This document shows positions 40,401-52,400 of a DNA stretch of 64,000 nt, piece after piece (position 1 is the first letter of the stretch; each line of letters begins with the position of its first letter). Location: assembly GCA_051294375.1 (NCBI GenBank), contig CM119270.1:1834091-1898090 (forward strand), written 5' to 3'. This DNA is from Paraspadella gotoi. Lineage: Eukaryota; Animalia; Chaetognatha. Both the position numbers and the translations under genes were made by a program. The notes under the pieces were generated by a model. The model was not told the origin of the DNA. It saw only the letters and a program-made list of their open reading frames with translations, and ran no database searches.

Positions 40401-43400
40401 TTTTTCTCAACTTGCACCTTTTTTTCAAAACTTGTGCTCAATTTTTTTTCAACTTTGTATCTATTCTTGTAGTCAATCTCTCGCAGATCTATTCTTTTAA
40501 CTCGTCATCCCTTCTGGTTTAACTTGTATAATTTTTTTCAATTGATTTGTTATTTAGCATATTTCTTCAGCTAATAATAATTAATTACTTAATTAATTTT
40601 AATAAAACATTCATGAGTAGTGCATAAATAATAGACAATTTAAGTCAACCTTGACCTTTTGGTTTTTTTCAATCGCAAACTTAATTTCCAACGTCCTTGA
40701 ACGTAAAGCTTCCGCAATCACACCATTCCTACTCCACCACAGAACGACGAATTTCATTCCCATTGTATCCTCCAATTAAGGAATAAATCGATAATTATGG
40801 ATTAAAAAAAATTACAAAAACGCACTTTAATTTCCATCGATCCCCCCTGCTGCGGCTCCTTAAGAGCAGGAATTCGAAAACACAACGCACAAAAACTCGG
40901 TATGCTTTTGCTGCTTCCATCACACTCCCTTCGAAGTCGCTCTCACCCCTGCAAAACCTGCCTCCATCGTTCAAATTAATTGGTCCTGTTCTCGGTCGAT
41001 CTCAATCCCGACCAAAGAGTCGCCCAACAAGCCAGAATTTTTTTGTTGTAAAAGTAGTATAGGGAAAGACAACCCTAATCCCTAACCGTAATCCCTAACC
41101 CCTAACCCTAATCTCTATCCTCTAATCTAACCTTATCCCTAACCAAAACCGTAAACAATTAAACCATCGTTCAAATTATTGTCATTTTTGTCCATCCTGA
41201 CTCTGAGTCATCCAGGCAGAGAGAGCGAGAGAGATTCGCTGCTCCGTCATACGGCAAGGTGGTATCGAAGAATATTTTGCCATTATTAATTCGAGTAATT
41301 GTGAGTTAAAATTAAAAAAAGACTTGTTAATGTGACTTATGTTTTTTCCATTTAAATTCATTTTCCCTTGCAAGATTCCATCGAAACTTTATATCCAGCT
41401 CAATCACACACATTCTTACCCAAACACCAAATTTCGATCTAATCCATCCATCCAATCACGAGTAATTGGAGTATAATGCTATGGGAGGATGGACGGATGG
41501 ACAGACACCATTTTTTTTGCATAATTTATCATAATTTGATGTTCTGAGATGATCTAAGTGAATGACCGACAAGATTGGGGGGGTGGACAGATGGACCGAC
41601 AAAGTGAAATATAGAGTTGGAATCTGCGATATGCAGTTCCGACTAAAAATCATTGCTTGCTTAGAAATGGATAGGGCCATATAATAACTCAACCTTTACC
41701 ATAAATAGTTTTTTTTTTCCCATGAATATTTTTCACTTATAATAATAATCAAAAGGAACTTTAACAGGCGAAGGTTTTNNNNNNNNNNNNNNNNNNNNNN
41801 NNNAGCAAATGTGCATTTCCAATCCATCCATCCTAATCACTATAATAGTGAGTATGGTAACACTGGCTAACGGGGTGGGTATGTGACAACAAAACTGGGC
41901 AGGGACACCATTTTTTTTGCAATAAATTTATCATAATTTGATGTTCTGACATGAGATTAAATGGAAAAAACAAAAAAGTATTTTTCACTATTGTGAACGC
42001 CATTGACTAGTAGTGGTGGAGGGCGATTACTTCAAATTTTGAATGTGGGGTGGGAAAGTGTGTTATTTTAAGCTAGAATTCAAGTTTTGATGGAATCGTC
42101 AGAGTGGAAATGAGTTTAAATGAGAAAAAAACAATACTTGTTTCTCTAATTGATTATGCTTCTTTTTCTTTTATATTAAATTGTAATGACAAGATTATTA
42201 TTAATTCAAATAATTAATCAGTTAATTAATCAATTAGTCAATTAAATTAATCAATATATTAATTAATTCAGCAATTAATCAATCATTAATATATTCAATC
42301 AATCATTTATTTACTATTTATTATTATTCAAATCAATCAATTTATCTATTAAATAATTATTCAATCAATAATCAATCAATTCAATCAAATCAATCAATCA
42401 ATCATCAATTAAGTCAATCGTTATCGCATTATTGTCGTCGTCGCCATTGTCGTCGTCAGTGCTTTTGTCATGGTTAATGTGAAGTCCTAAAAACATAACA
42501 TTGTGATAAGTTAATTAAATTTATAATTGCCATAATGTAATTTATTAAATTAACTTGTTAATATTTGTATGCTTAAACTTGTTCTATCTCTCTATATGTA
42601 ATTATCATTATGCTCTACAATGAATAAATGTTATTTTAACAAAAAATTCCATCTTCTTTATCGCTTTAGTCATAGTGTATCCAATGTTTTTTTCATGGGT
42701 ACAAATTAATCGTTTATCTATCTTTTTTAAAACTCTTTGAAGACACGTGAATAAAACCTGTACAACCGCGATTTCTTTCATATTCATCGTGCCTATGAAT
42801 TAGTTGCCTAATGTTTCTACCTGCTCCTTGATAGCAACAATCTGCCCATTGAGTGGTACCTCACTAATCATAATGTGAGTTTCTCATAAATTTCCGAATT
42901 TATGAATATTTTCGCCTGACCAATTGAAATTTAGAAATTAAAAAAACAAAATACAATTCATCGACGATTCATTTCCGTTATCTCTCTAGTACAGACATGC
43001 TGCAAAAATAAGACACTCTTCGAACTTAAGCCGTGAATGATTTACGTCACATATTATAGAATGTAGATTTAAATTGCAAAATCCATATGATATGTAAGCT
43101 TTGAAAAGAAAATCGTCCTAAGCAATTCAAGAGCTATAGCTCTCGAAAGACAAGTGGCTAAAAAATAAAATAAAAGAAAAACATTTTTGAAGATCTGCCC
43201 AAACCGAGAATACTTTTTAGCTTTAATTATAGGGCCTTGCATATATGTTTTCTAAAAAAATATGAGAAATCCATGTGTAACTTAAAAGAAAATCGGTCCA
43301 GTAATTCTAGAGCTACAGCATCTTAAATCACAAGAGGTTAAAAATAACACCCATCTTCTGCCCTGACATTCTGTCTGAGTAGTTTACTTTTTATTAAGTT

Positions 43401-46400
43401 TGAGCAAACAATGTCGGATCTGCCCACGATAATTAAGCGGTAAATCAGATAAATAAATAAATACTATAGTAGAATAATTACAAATAAAGTACAATAATTT
43501 TTTAACTATTATTATTTTTTCCACTTTAATCTTTTATTTTTACTCGCATCATTTTTCTAAACTAGCATCATTTTTTCAACTTGCATCATTTTTTCACCTT
43601 GCATCATTTTTTTCAACTTGCATATATTTTTTTCAACCTGCATAATTTTTTCACTTTGCATACATTTTTAAACTTGCATCATTTTTCAAATTGTATCATT
43701 TTTTTTAACTTGCATCATTTTTTTAACTTGCATTATTAATTTTAACTTTGATCAATTTTTTCCACTTGCTTAATTTTTTCAATTTGCTTCATTTTTTACA
43801 CTTGCTTCACTTTTTCAACTTACATAATTTTTTCAACTTGCATAATTTTTTAACTCGCATCGTTTTCAACTCACATTATTTTTAATAACTTGCATCATTT
43901 TTTAACTTCATCATTATCATTCTATTTTTTCATCTTGATCATTTTTTTAACTAGCATCATTTTTCAACTTTGCACCTTTTTTTCAACTTGCATCATTTTT
44001 TTCAATGTATCATTCTTTCAATTTGCATCATTCTTTTAACTCGCATCCTTCTTTTAACTTGTATAATTTTTTTCAAATTGAATCATTTTTCACTTAATTA
44101 TATTTAATTAATTAATTATTTAAATTAAAACATTCATGAGTAAGCTATAAATATAGAGAAATTTAAGTCAACTTGACTTTTGGTTTTTTTCCATGCAAAC
44201 TCATTTCCACTCCTTGATATCGTGGCTCAATCACACACTTTCCTACCCCACCACAAAAATTTCATCCCATTGTATCCCTCCAATTAAGAATAAATCGATT
44301 AATTATGGATTAAAAAAAATTAAAAAAGGACTTTTTTTCCATCGATGCCCCCGCTGCTGCGGCTCTTAAGCAGTGAATCAAAACACGACACACAAAACTC
44401 GTATCTTTTGCTGCTTCCATCATCACTCCTTTCGAAGTCGCTCTCACCCTCGCAAATACTTCCTCCATCGTTTCAAGATTATGTCGGTTGTTTCTGTCGA
44501 TCTCAATCCCCGACCAAAGAGTCGCCCACAAGCCAAGAATTTTTTTGTTGTAAAAGTAGTATAGGAAAGACAACCCTAATCCCTAACCGTAATCCCTAAC
44601 CCCTAACCCTAATCTCTATCCTCTAATCTAACCTTATCCTAACCAACCGTAAACAATAAACCATCGTTCAAATTATTGTCATTTTTGTCCTCCTGATCTG
44701 AGTATCCAGGCAGAGAGAGCAGAGAGAATTCGCTGCTCCGTCATACGGCAAGGTGGTATCGAAAGAATATTTTGCCATTATTAATTCGAGTAATTGTGAG
44801 TTAAAATTAAAAAAAGACTTGTTAATTGAGTTATGTTATTTTTTCCATATTTAAATTCATTTTCCCTTGCAAGATTCCATCGAAACTTTATATCCAGCTC
44901 AATCACACACATTCTTACCCAAACACACAAATTTCGATTCTAATCCATCCATCAATCACGAGTAATTGGAGTATAATGCTATGGGAGGATTGAGACGGAT
45001 GGACAGACACCCATTTTTTTTGCATAATTTATCATAATTTGATGTTCTGAGATGATCTAAGTGAATGACCGACAAGATTGGGGGGTGGAACAGATGGACC
45101 GACAAAGTGAAATATAGAGTTGGAATCTGCGATATGCAGTTCCGACTAAAAATCATTGCTTAGAAATGGATAGCCATATAATAATCAACTTTACATAAAT
45201 AGTTTTTTTTTTCCATGAATATTTTTTCACTTATAATATAATCAAAAGGAACTTTAACCTTTAAGAATCGAAAACGGATCAGAGATCGAAGCGAACGCCG
45301 CAAGAATGGAATCAACGAATCCAATTGGTCGCCGAGGATTCCAACAACCAATCAGATCTGCAAGCTAAGATTGAATCGGAAAATCTTCCTGTGTCGCTGA
45401 TCCTCTTCTCAGCTATAAATAAACTTTGCCTGTTCTTGGTTCTCATAGCATTAATCAAGATCTCACTCAAGAGGTCCCAGAAAATATCATACATTTATGA
45501 AAGTCCTAGATACCTGGCAAGTTTCTTGTGCCAAATTTAGTGAGAAAACGAATATCACAATAAAAAATTTTCCTGGATGCTCATTATGGATTTTCCACGC
45601 CAGTTTTTGCGTTGAACCACTTCCGGTTTTAGGAAATAAATAAGTCTGTTATTCAGCCAGCATACTAAATTAATCAAAAAAAGTTACCAATAACCTTAAT
45701 ATTACATTTTTTATTTTAGTTTATAATACAGGTTATAAAAATATTATTACAAAAGGCGTCAAGTTAAAACTCATAATTCTTTTAAGCCAAAATTGGCCCT
45801 GACCAAACTACTTTACTAATTTTAATAAAATTTTACTATCTGGTTAAACAAATAGAACTGTCTAAGGGATTTTAAATCTTTAATATCTTTAAACCAAGAT
45901 ATTGGCTTTTTAAAAAGATTACCAAGTGATGCAAAAAAGTAGCGAATTAGATGGTAGGCAACTTAGCCTTTGCAGCTAGCAAGCCTCTTACTCAACCCTT
46001 ACCCTAAACCGGCCCTAAACAAAACCTTAATCTAATCAGTTTCCCTGGCTTGGGATATCTAACCTAGCCCTAACCCTAACGTGGCTTTTTGTCTTACTCC
46101 GAGCAGCCTTCCCCTAACCTTAACCCAAGATCGCTGTACTTCCTGCTCAACCTTAACCCTAAACTGGTCCCTGATCCAAAACACTCACCAGTTTCCCTGG
46201 CTGGTGAAATCTGCAGAGAGCCACTTCCTTAGCCCTAACCCTACCTAGGCCTCCTGTTTATATCATGCCAGAACCCTAGCCCTGCATCACTCCAGAGCCT
46301 CCTCCACCAACCTCACATCAAGCCTGAGGTTCACCTCTGAGCCTCAACTCAGGCATTCCCTGCTTCCGCCATCAATAAGGCTAAGTTTTAAATTCTTAAT

Positions 46401-49400
46401 TTCCTTCCCCAGTACTTTCCCTAAACCCTAACCCGAGCTTCCTGTCCTTTTTCTAGCCTGTCCAAATTGCAATATCACAATACTTAATCTTGTTATAAGC
46501 AAGCTTAGAAAGGCTTGTACTAGGGATATTAAGATTTGAGGCTTGCAAATGAATAAAAGGCTAGACTAAGGTTTTGTTGGGAGAGAGAGGTTTAGGGTTA
46601 AAATTGAGTGGGAGGCTTGCGAGCCAAAAGACCAAGGCGCCTTTATCTAATTCGCTGCTTTCTTTTTGTATTATTTGGCAAACCTTTAAAGACAATATCT
46701 TGGTTAAGGATTAAATATTTAAAATCCCTTAGAGAGTTCTATTATATAACCAAATCATACTTTCTTATACAATCTTATTAGAATTTGTAAAGTAATTTGG
46801 TCAGGGACGATTTGGCTTAAAAAAACTAATAATTTCTAATTTGAAGTGTTTCTAATAATAATTTTTTAACCTTATTTAAAAACCACAACAAAACATTTAG
46901 TAATAAGGTTATTAATACTTTATTTTGATTAATTTAAGTATGCTGGCTGAATAACAGCTCATTTTTTTCAAAAAATCCTTTATTTTTAAAACCGGAAGTG
47001 GTACGACGCAAAAACTGGCGTGGAAAATCCATCAAGATTGTGATATTCGTTTCTCCCACTAAATTTGGCACAAGAAACTTTGCAGGTATCAGGAACTTTC
47101 AAAAAATGCATGGTATTTCTGGAAGCTCTACTCTTCACCCCTGGAAACCTATGTGGTGGCAGTGATAAGATTCAAACCCATGCCTCTGAAGAGAATCTAA
47201 CTTTATTTATTTTCATAATGTTTTGGAGTGTCCTCTTTTTTATTGCACAGGTCTGTAATACTAAAAATTTCAAAGTAATTATTAATGATCCTACATTAAA
47301 TTATTAAACTCTCAATGCAAAGTTCATGTGAAATGAACTTACTCCTATCATTCTCTCTCACTCTTTCTCTCTCTTCGAACTTTTCAGTCTGATATTAGCT
47401 TTTCAATATATCTTTTTAATTTGGTATTTTAGGTTTACTTAATTTGATGATAAGATTTTCATGCATAATCCAGTCCATCCTTTATAATAGTATATATACC
47501 TAACATTCGTTTGCTCCTCTGAAAATTCTGCCTGAGAATTTATTATGAGCTCGCTCCTCTTGTATATCCAAGTGTATTCTTTCAAAGAATGTCGAAAAGA
47601 TATAAGTAATATTGCAATTAAGAAAATTGCCAAGCAAAGGGCAATCAAAATTTTTGGCCACATTAAACAAATTAGAAGGTGCCTAAACCAAGATTCAAAA
47701 ACTTCAATTGTGCCATTGTTCAAACTTTTCAAATGTTGTAAATACAAAAAATTATGAAAACAGACAACCAAAAAACAATTACATAGTGTCACACTAATTT
47801 TTGCATTAACTTTATCTAATGAGGTGATCAATCTTTAGCTGATCAATGATCATATGATTACTCCAGAATGAAATATATGCATATGTGGCGGTATATTAAC
47901 ACCACCCCACATCCACTATCATTCAGCCAATCCCATTGGTTCATAGGGGGAATGAACCATCCCAAGCGTTGCGTTCAATCCACAGTCCTAACGACTTTCT
48001 TCTGCATTGGCAAGCGAGACCTGGAGAACCTGAGTAATTTCTTCGCCTGGGGATCCTGTGGTGGTATTAATCACAGGCCTCACATCTACTATCGTTCAGC
48101 CAATCCCATAGGCTCATAGAGGGAATGCACCATCCCAAGCGTTGCATTCCATCACAAGTCCTAAATACGAACCTCCTCACCTCTGGCATTGCATCAACAC
48201 TCCAGTTCTATACTTATAAATTAGTAGATGTCCTCCGTAATGTGTAGATACCTAATAGTATTCTTCATTCTCTTCTAACTGTTGAACCTTAGGAAATCTT
48301 GATTGGTAAATACATTCCATAATCAGAATAACAAGCTATCACTAGAGGCTCTCACCATCTACTATCTTTCCAGCGCCAAATTTCATTGGCTCAGAGGGGG
48401 CGTTGATTTCCATCCATACATGGTTCCTAAACCTACAACGCGACTAACGACTTCCTTCTGCGTTGCCAAAGCATAACCGTCTTAGGGTAACCGCGCCAGT
48501 GACAGGAGGCGTCACTGAGGTCGGAAGCTACCCAAAGTCAACAATGAGCATCACAAGCAACCCTGCTGTTGCCATACATAACAATTTTTTACATTCTTCT
48601 AAAGTTTGTTACACTAAGAACTAATCAAAACAGCTCAGTATTGCATACATTATTTTTTCAGCGGTTTCTTACCCTTACGATTCACATGGATAGCATGACC
48701 ACATTACACTGGGGCGCAAAAAAAAGACACATTTTCACATCGAAAAACCGTATTGGATAGCTCAATTCTACTAATATATAGAAACATAAAACAATGTTTA
48801 TTGAGAGATAAAGCAATTGGTCCAAGTCCCAATAAATCGAGCAAAGCGTTCGAAAGTTATAGGACGTCAAAATCGATTGGTAAAAAAAATGGAAAAAAAA
48901 TTAGTTTCTTTTTTTAGTCAACAACAGTCAATAAGTTTTCCCTATTATAAATTGTTTATAATATGAAATTGGCTGAAAAAATTCAACATAGAATATCTGT
49001 AGGGATAGGTGTCAACCATTTTTTACCTAAAATCAAATTAACAACAAGTAAAAAAAAGATATAAAAGTAGAAAATCCTCTTTATCATTCGTCAGAAAAAT
49101 AAGTTTAACAAACAATGTCGGATCTTGCCGTACCGATATCTTTCAGTATATTAATTAATTAATTAATTTATTTTTTTGTGCATTAACTTTATCATAATTT
49201 GATGTTCTGAGATGATCATATAAGTATGAATGACTGACAAAGAATGGAGGGGGTCGGACAGACATGCGAACGACAATAGCTGAATGTATAGCCAGTCGGA
49301 ATCTGTTATTTAATTAATTAATGTCTTTTTGATTGATTAATTGATCTGCGAATAATTAATTTTTGATTAATTGACTAATTGATTAATTAACTGTTAATTA

Positions 49401-52400
49401 TTTTATTAATTATTATATCTTGCATTTACATTTAATATAAAAAGAAAAAAAAGCATAATCAATTAATGAAACAGGTTTTTTATTTTTTTCTATTTAAACT
49501 CATTTCCACTCAAACGATTCCATCAAAACTTGATTTCCAGCATAATCTCACACTTTCCTACCCCATACAAAATTTCAGGTCAATTGCCCCATCCACTTAT
49601 TTGTAATTGGTATTAAAATAGTAAAATATATTTTTTTGTTTTTTCCATTTAAACTCATTTCCACTTGGACGATTCCATCGAAACTTCATATACAGCTCAA
49701 TCACACACTTCCCTACCCACATACAATATTTTATTTTAATCCATCCATTCAATCACGAGTAATTGGTGTTTTTTGCTAAGGTGGGAGGGACGGACAAAGA
49801 GACAGACAGAAAAATGGATGGACATCATTTTTTTGGCATAATTGATCATAATTCGATGTTCTGACACGATATAAGTGAATGCCCGACAAGATTGAAGGGG
49901 CGGACCAACAGACTGACAAAGTAAATTATAGAGTCGGGATGTGCTGATAAGCAGATCCGACTAAAAATTATCATCAACTTAACCTCCAAAAATTATTTTT
50001 GCCCAATTCTGTATTCAGACTCTGACTTTAAAATATTGCTGTATTCTACTGGCTGAACCAATTAATTTTTTTTATATCAATTGATAGCTTTTTAAAAAGC
50101 TATACTTTTTATAACTATTTTTCCAAAATTAAAAAAGAAATATTGGGGGTATTTAGAGCTAAAAAATGTATCCTTTTTTGTGCCGCAGTGTAGTAAGATA
50201 AAAAAAAATATATACATTATATACAAACAGCTATACATAAAGAGAGACCGACAGATCGAGTGATCAATTAAAATAAAAGAGAGTCGCGGGGCAACAATCA
50301 AATCGTTCCGAGGATCTAATTTACTTTTTGTTGTTATAGGCGCAGTATGGAACATCGGGTGGCACAGCATAATCATAACTTGAAAATAAAAATTTATCAT
50401 CTTTTTCGGAGATTGATGGCTCGACTGCAATCTGAAAATTTAATTAAATAGACATATGAAAAAATAGATATACATATAATAGAGTTGAGCTTTCGGAAAC
50501 CAGAAATTTATTTGAGTAAACAAGGACATTTAGACGTGAGATAGTATAATTATTGAGCACAAAAAATATTTTGATCATATGGTTTGGGGAACAGTATCTG
50601 CCTCTGTATATCTTCTAAAATAGTAAATTCAAAATAATATTTTTTTTCAATTTTGATCCACTTATCATCGTGAATTTCTTTTGTTTCGTTGTGTTTGAAA
50701 TAATAAGAAGAAGTTTGAATGCTTGTCATTTACAACACAATTTTATTGATACATGTATGTAGCAATAGATTTATTGGTACATGTACGTCACTATGTACCA
50801 ATAAAATCGTTGTTGAATGAGAGAAAAAATTCAAACTTTTCTATGATCCACTATCAAAATATTGAGAAAAAGATTATACTTTGTGCAATTTTTAGTCGGA
50901 CTGCTATCAGCAGGATTCGACTCAATAATTCAACTTTGTCGGTCCTCGGTCCCACCCCTAAATCTTGTGGTAAATAATTTTTCACATTAGAAAAGTAATA
51001 AATGCTAAATTAAGCACAAAAACAAACGATGTCCGCGTTCCCCGTCTCCGTCTGGTCGAGAGGTCCTCCCACTTTTTCATTAAACTCCAATTACTCGTAA
51101 TTGATAGATGGATTGAATAAAATTTTGTGTGGTGTTTAGGAAAGTGTATGATTGAGCTGGAAAATAAGTTTCGATGGAATGGTGCGAGTGGAAATGGATG
51201 TTAATAGGAAAAAAACATAAGTCAATTAACTTAAATTTCTTTTTACTAATTTTACACATAATTACTCAAATAATCATAATTGGATGATAGCATGATTGGA
51301 ATTAAATTGTGTGTGTGGGTGGGGAAAGTGTGTTAGTGAGTTTGATATAAAGTTTTAATGGAATCGTGCAAGTGAAATGAATTTAAATAGAAAAACATAA
51401 GTCACACTTTTTTTAATTTTTTAATAATTTAATCCATAATTAAATCTTAATTAATATTTAATATAATCTAATAGATTGAGATTAAAGTTATGTTTTTGGT
51501 GTGTGTGGTAGTAGGAAATGTGTGATTGAGCATGATATAAAGTTTGGAATCGAGAGTGAAATATAGTTTGATGAAAAAAGCCAAAGTCAAGTTGACTGTG
51601 AGAAAAGATGTTTAAGTTAATTAATTGAATTAATTATATACGTGATAAAATGATACACTTTGAAAAAATGATGCAAGATAAAAAATCTATGCATATTGAA
51701 AAAATATGATTCAAGTTGAAAGATTGATGCAGATGAAAGAATGATCCAAGTTAAAGAATGATGCAGAGTTGAAAAATTGTTCAAGTGAAAGAAATGATTC
51801 AAGTTGAAAAAATGACAGTTGAAAAAATATGCAAGTTGAAAAAATGATTCAGAGTTGAAAAAAATGATGCTGAGTTAAAAGAAATAATGCGAGTGGAAAA
51901 AATGATAGATGAGTGAAAAACAGATATGCAGTTGAAAAATGAAGCAAGTTGAAAAAAAGCAAGTTAAAAAATAATGCAAATTTATATGACGAGTTAAGAA
52001 AATGATGCATGTTTAAAAAAATAATAATAATTAAAAATTATTTGTAATTTATTTATTTATTTTTTTATTTCCTATTTATTTAATTAATTACAGTTTAATT
52101 ATGTGGGCAGGTCGACATTGTTTGCTATTTGATTCTACTTTTAAAATATCAAATTTTTTAAATTTTTTTTTTATCTAAAAATAAATATTGAAAACTAATG
52201 CAAAAAATGCTAATGCTAATTGCTAAAGCTAAGCTAATGCTATTTAAAAAAAATTGGTCCATGAAAGTTTTCTCAGAAATTTATTATGTAGTTTCGTTAG
52301 GAAGGTTCCCAAATCTTCTGACCCACTCCATTGACATAGATTCGCTCTATCTTAACCCTAACGTCTAACTAAATATGCTTCATTTTTTTTACCGGAACTG

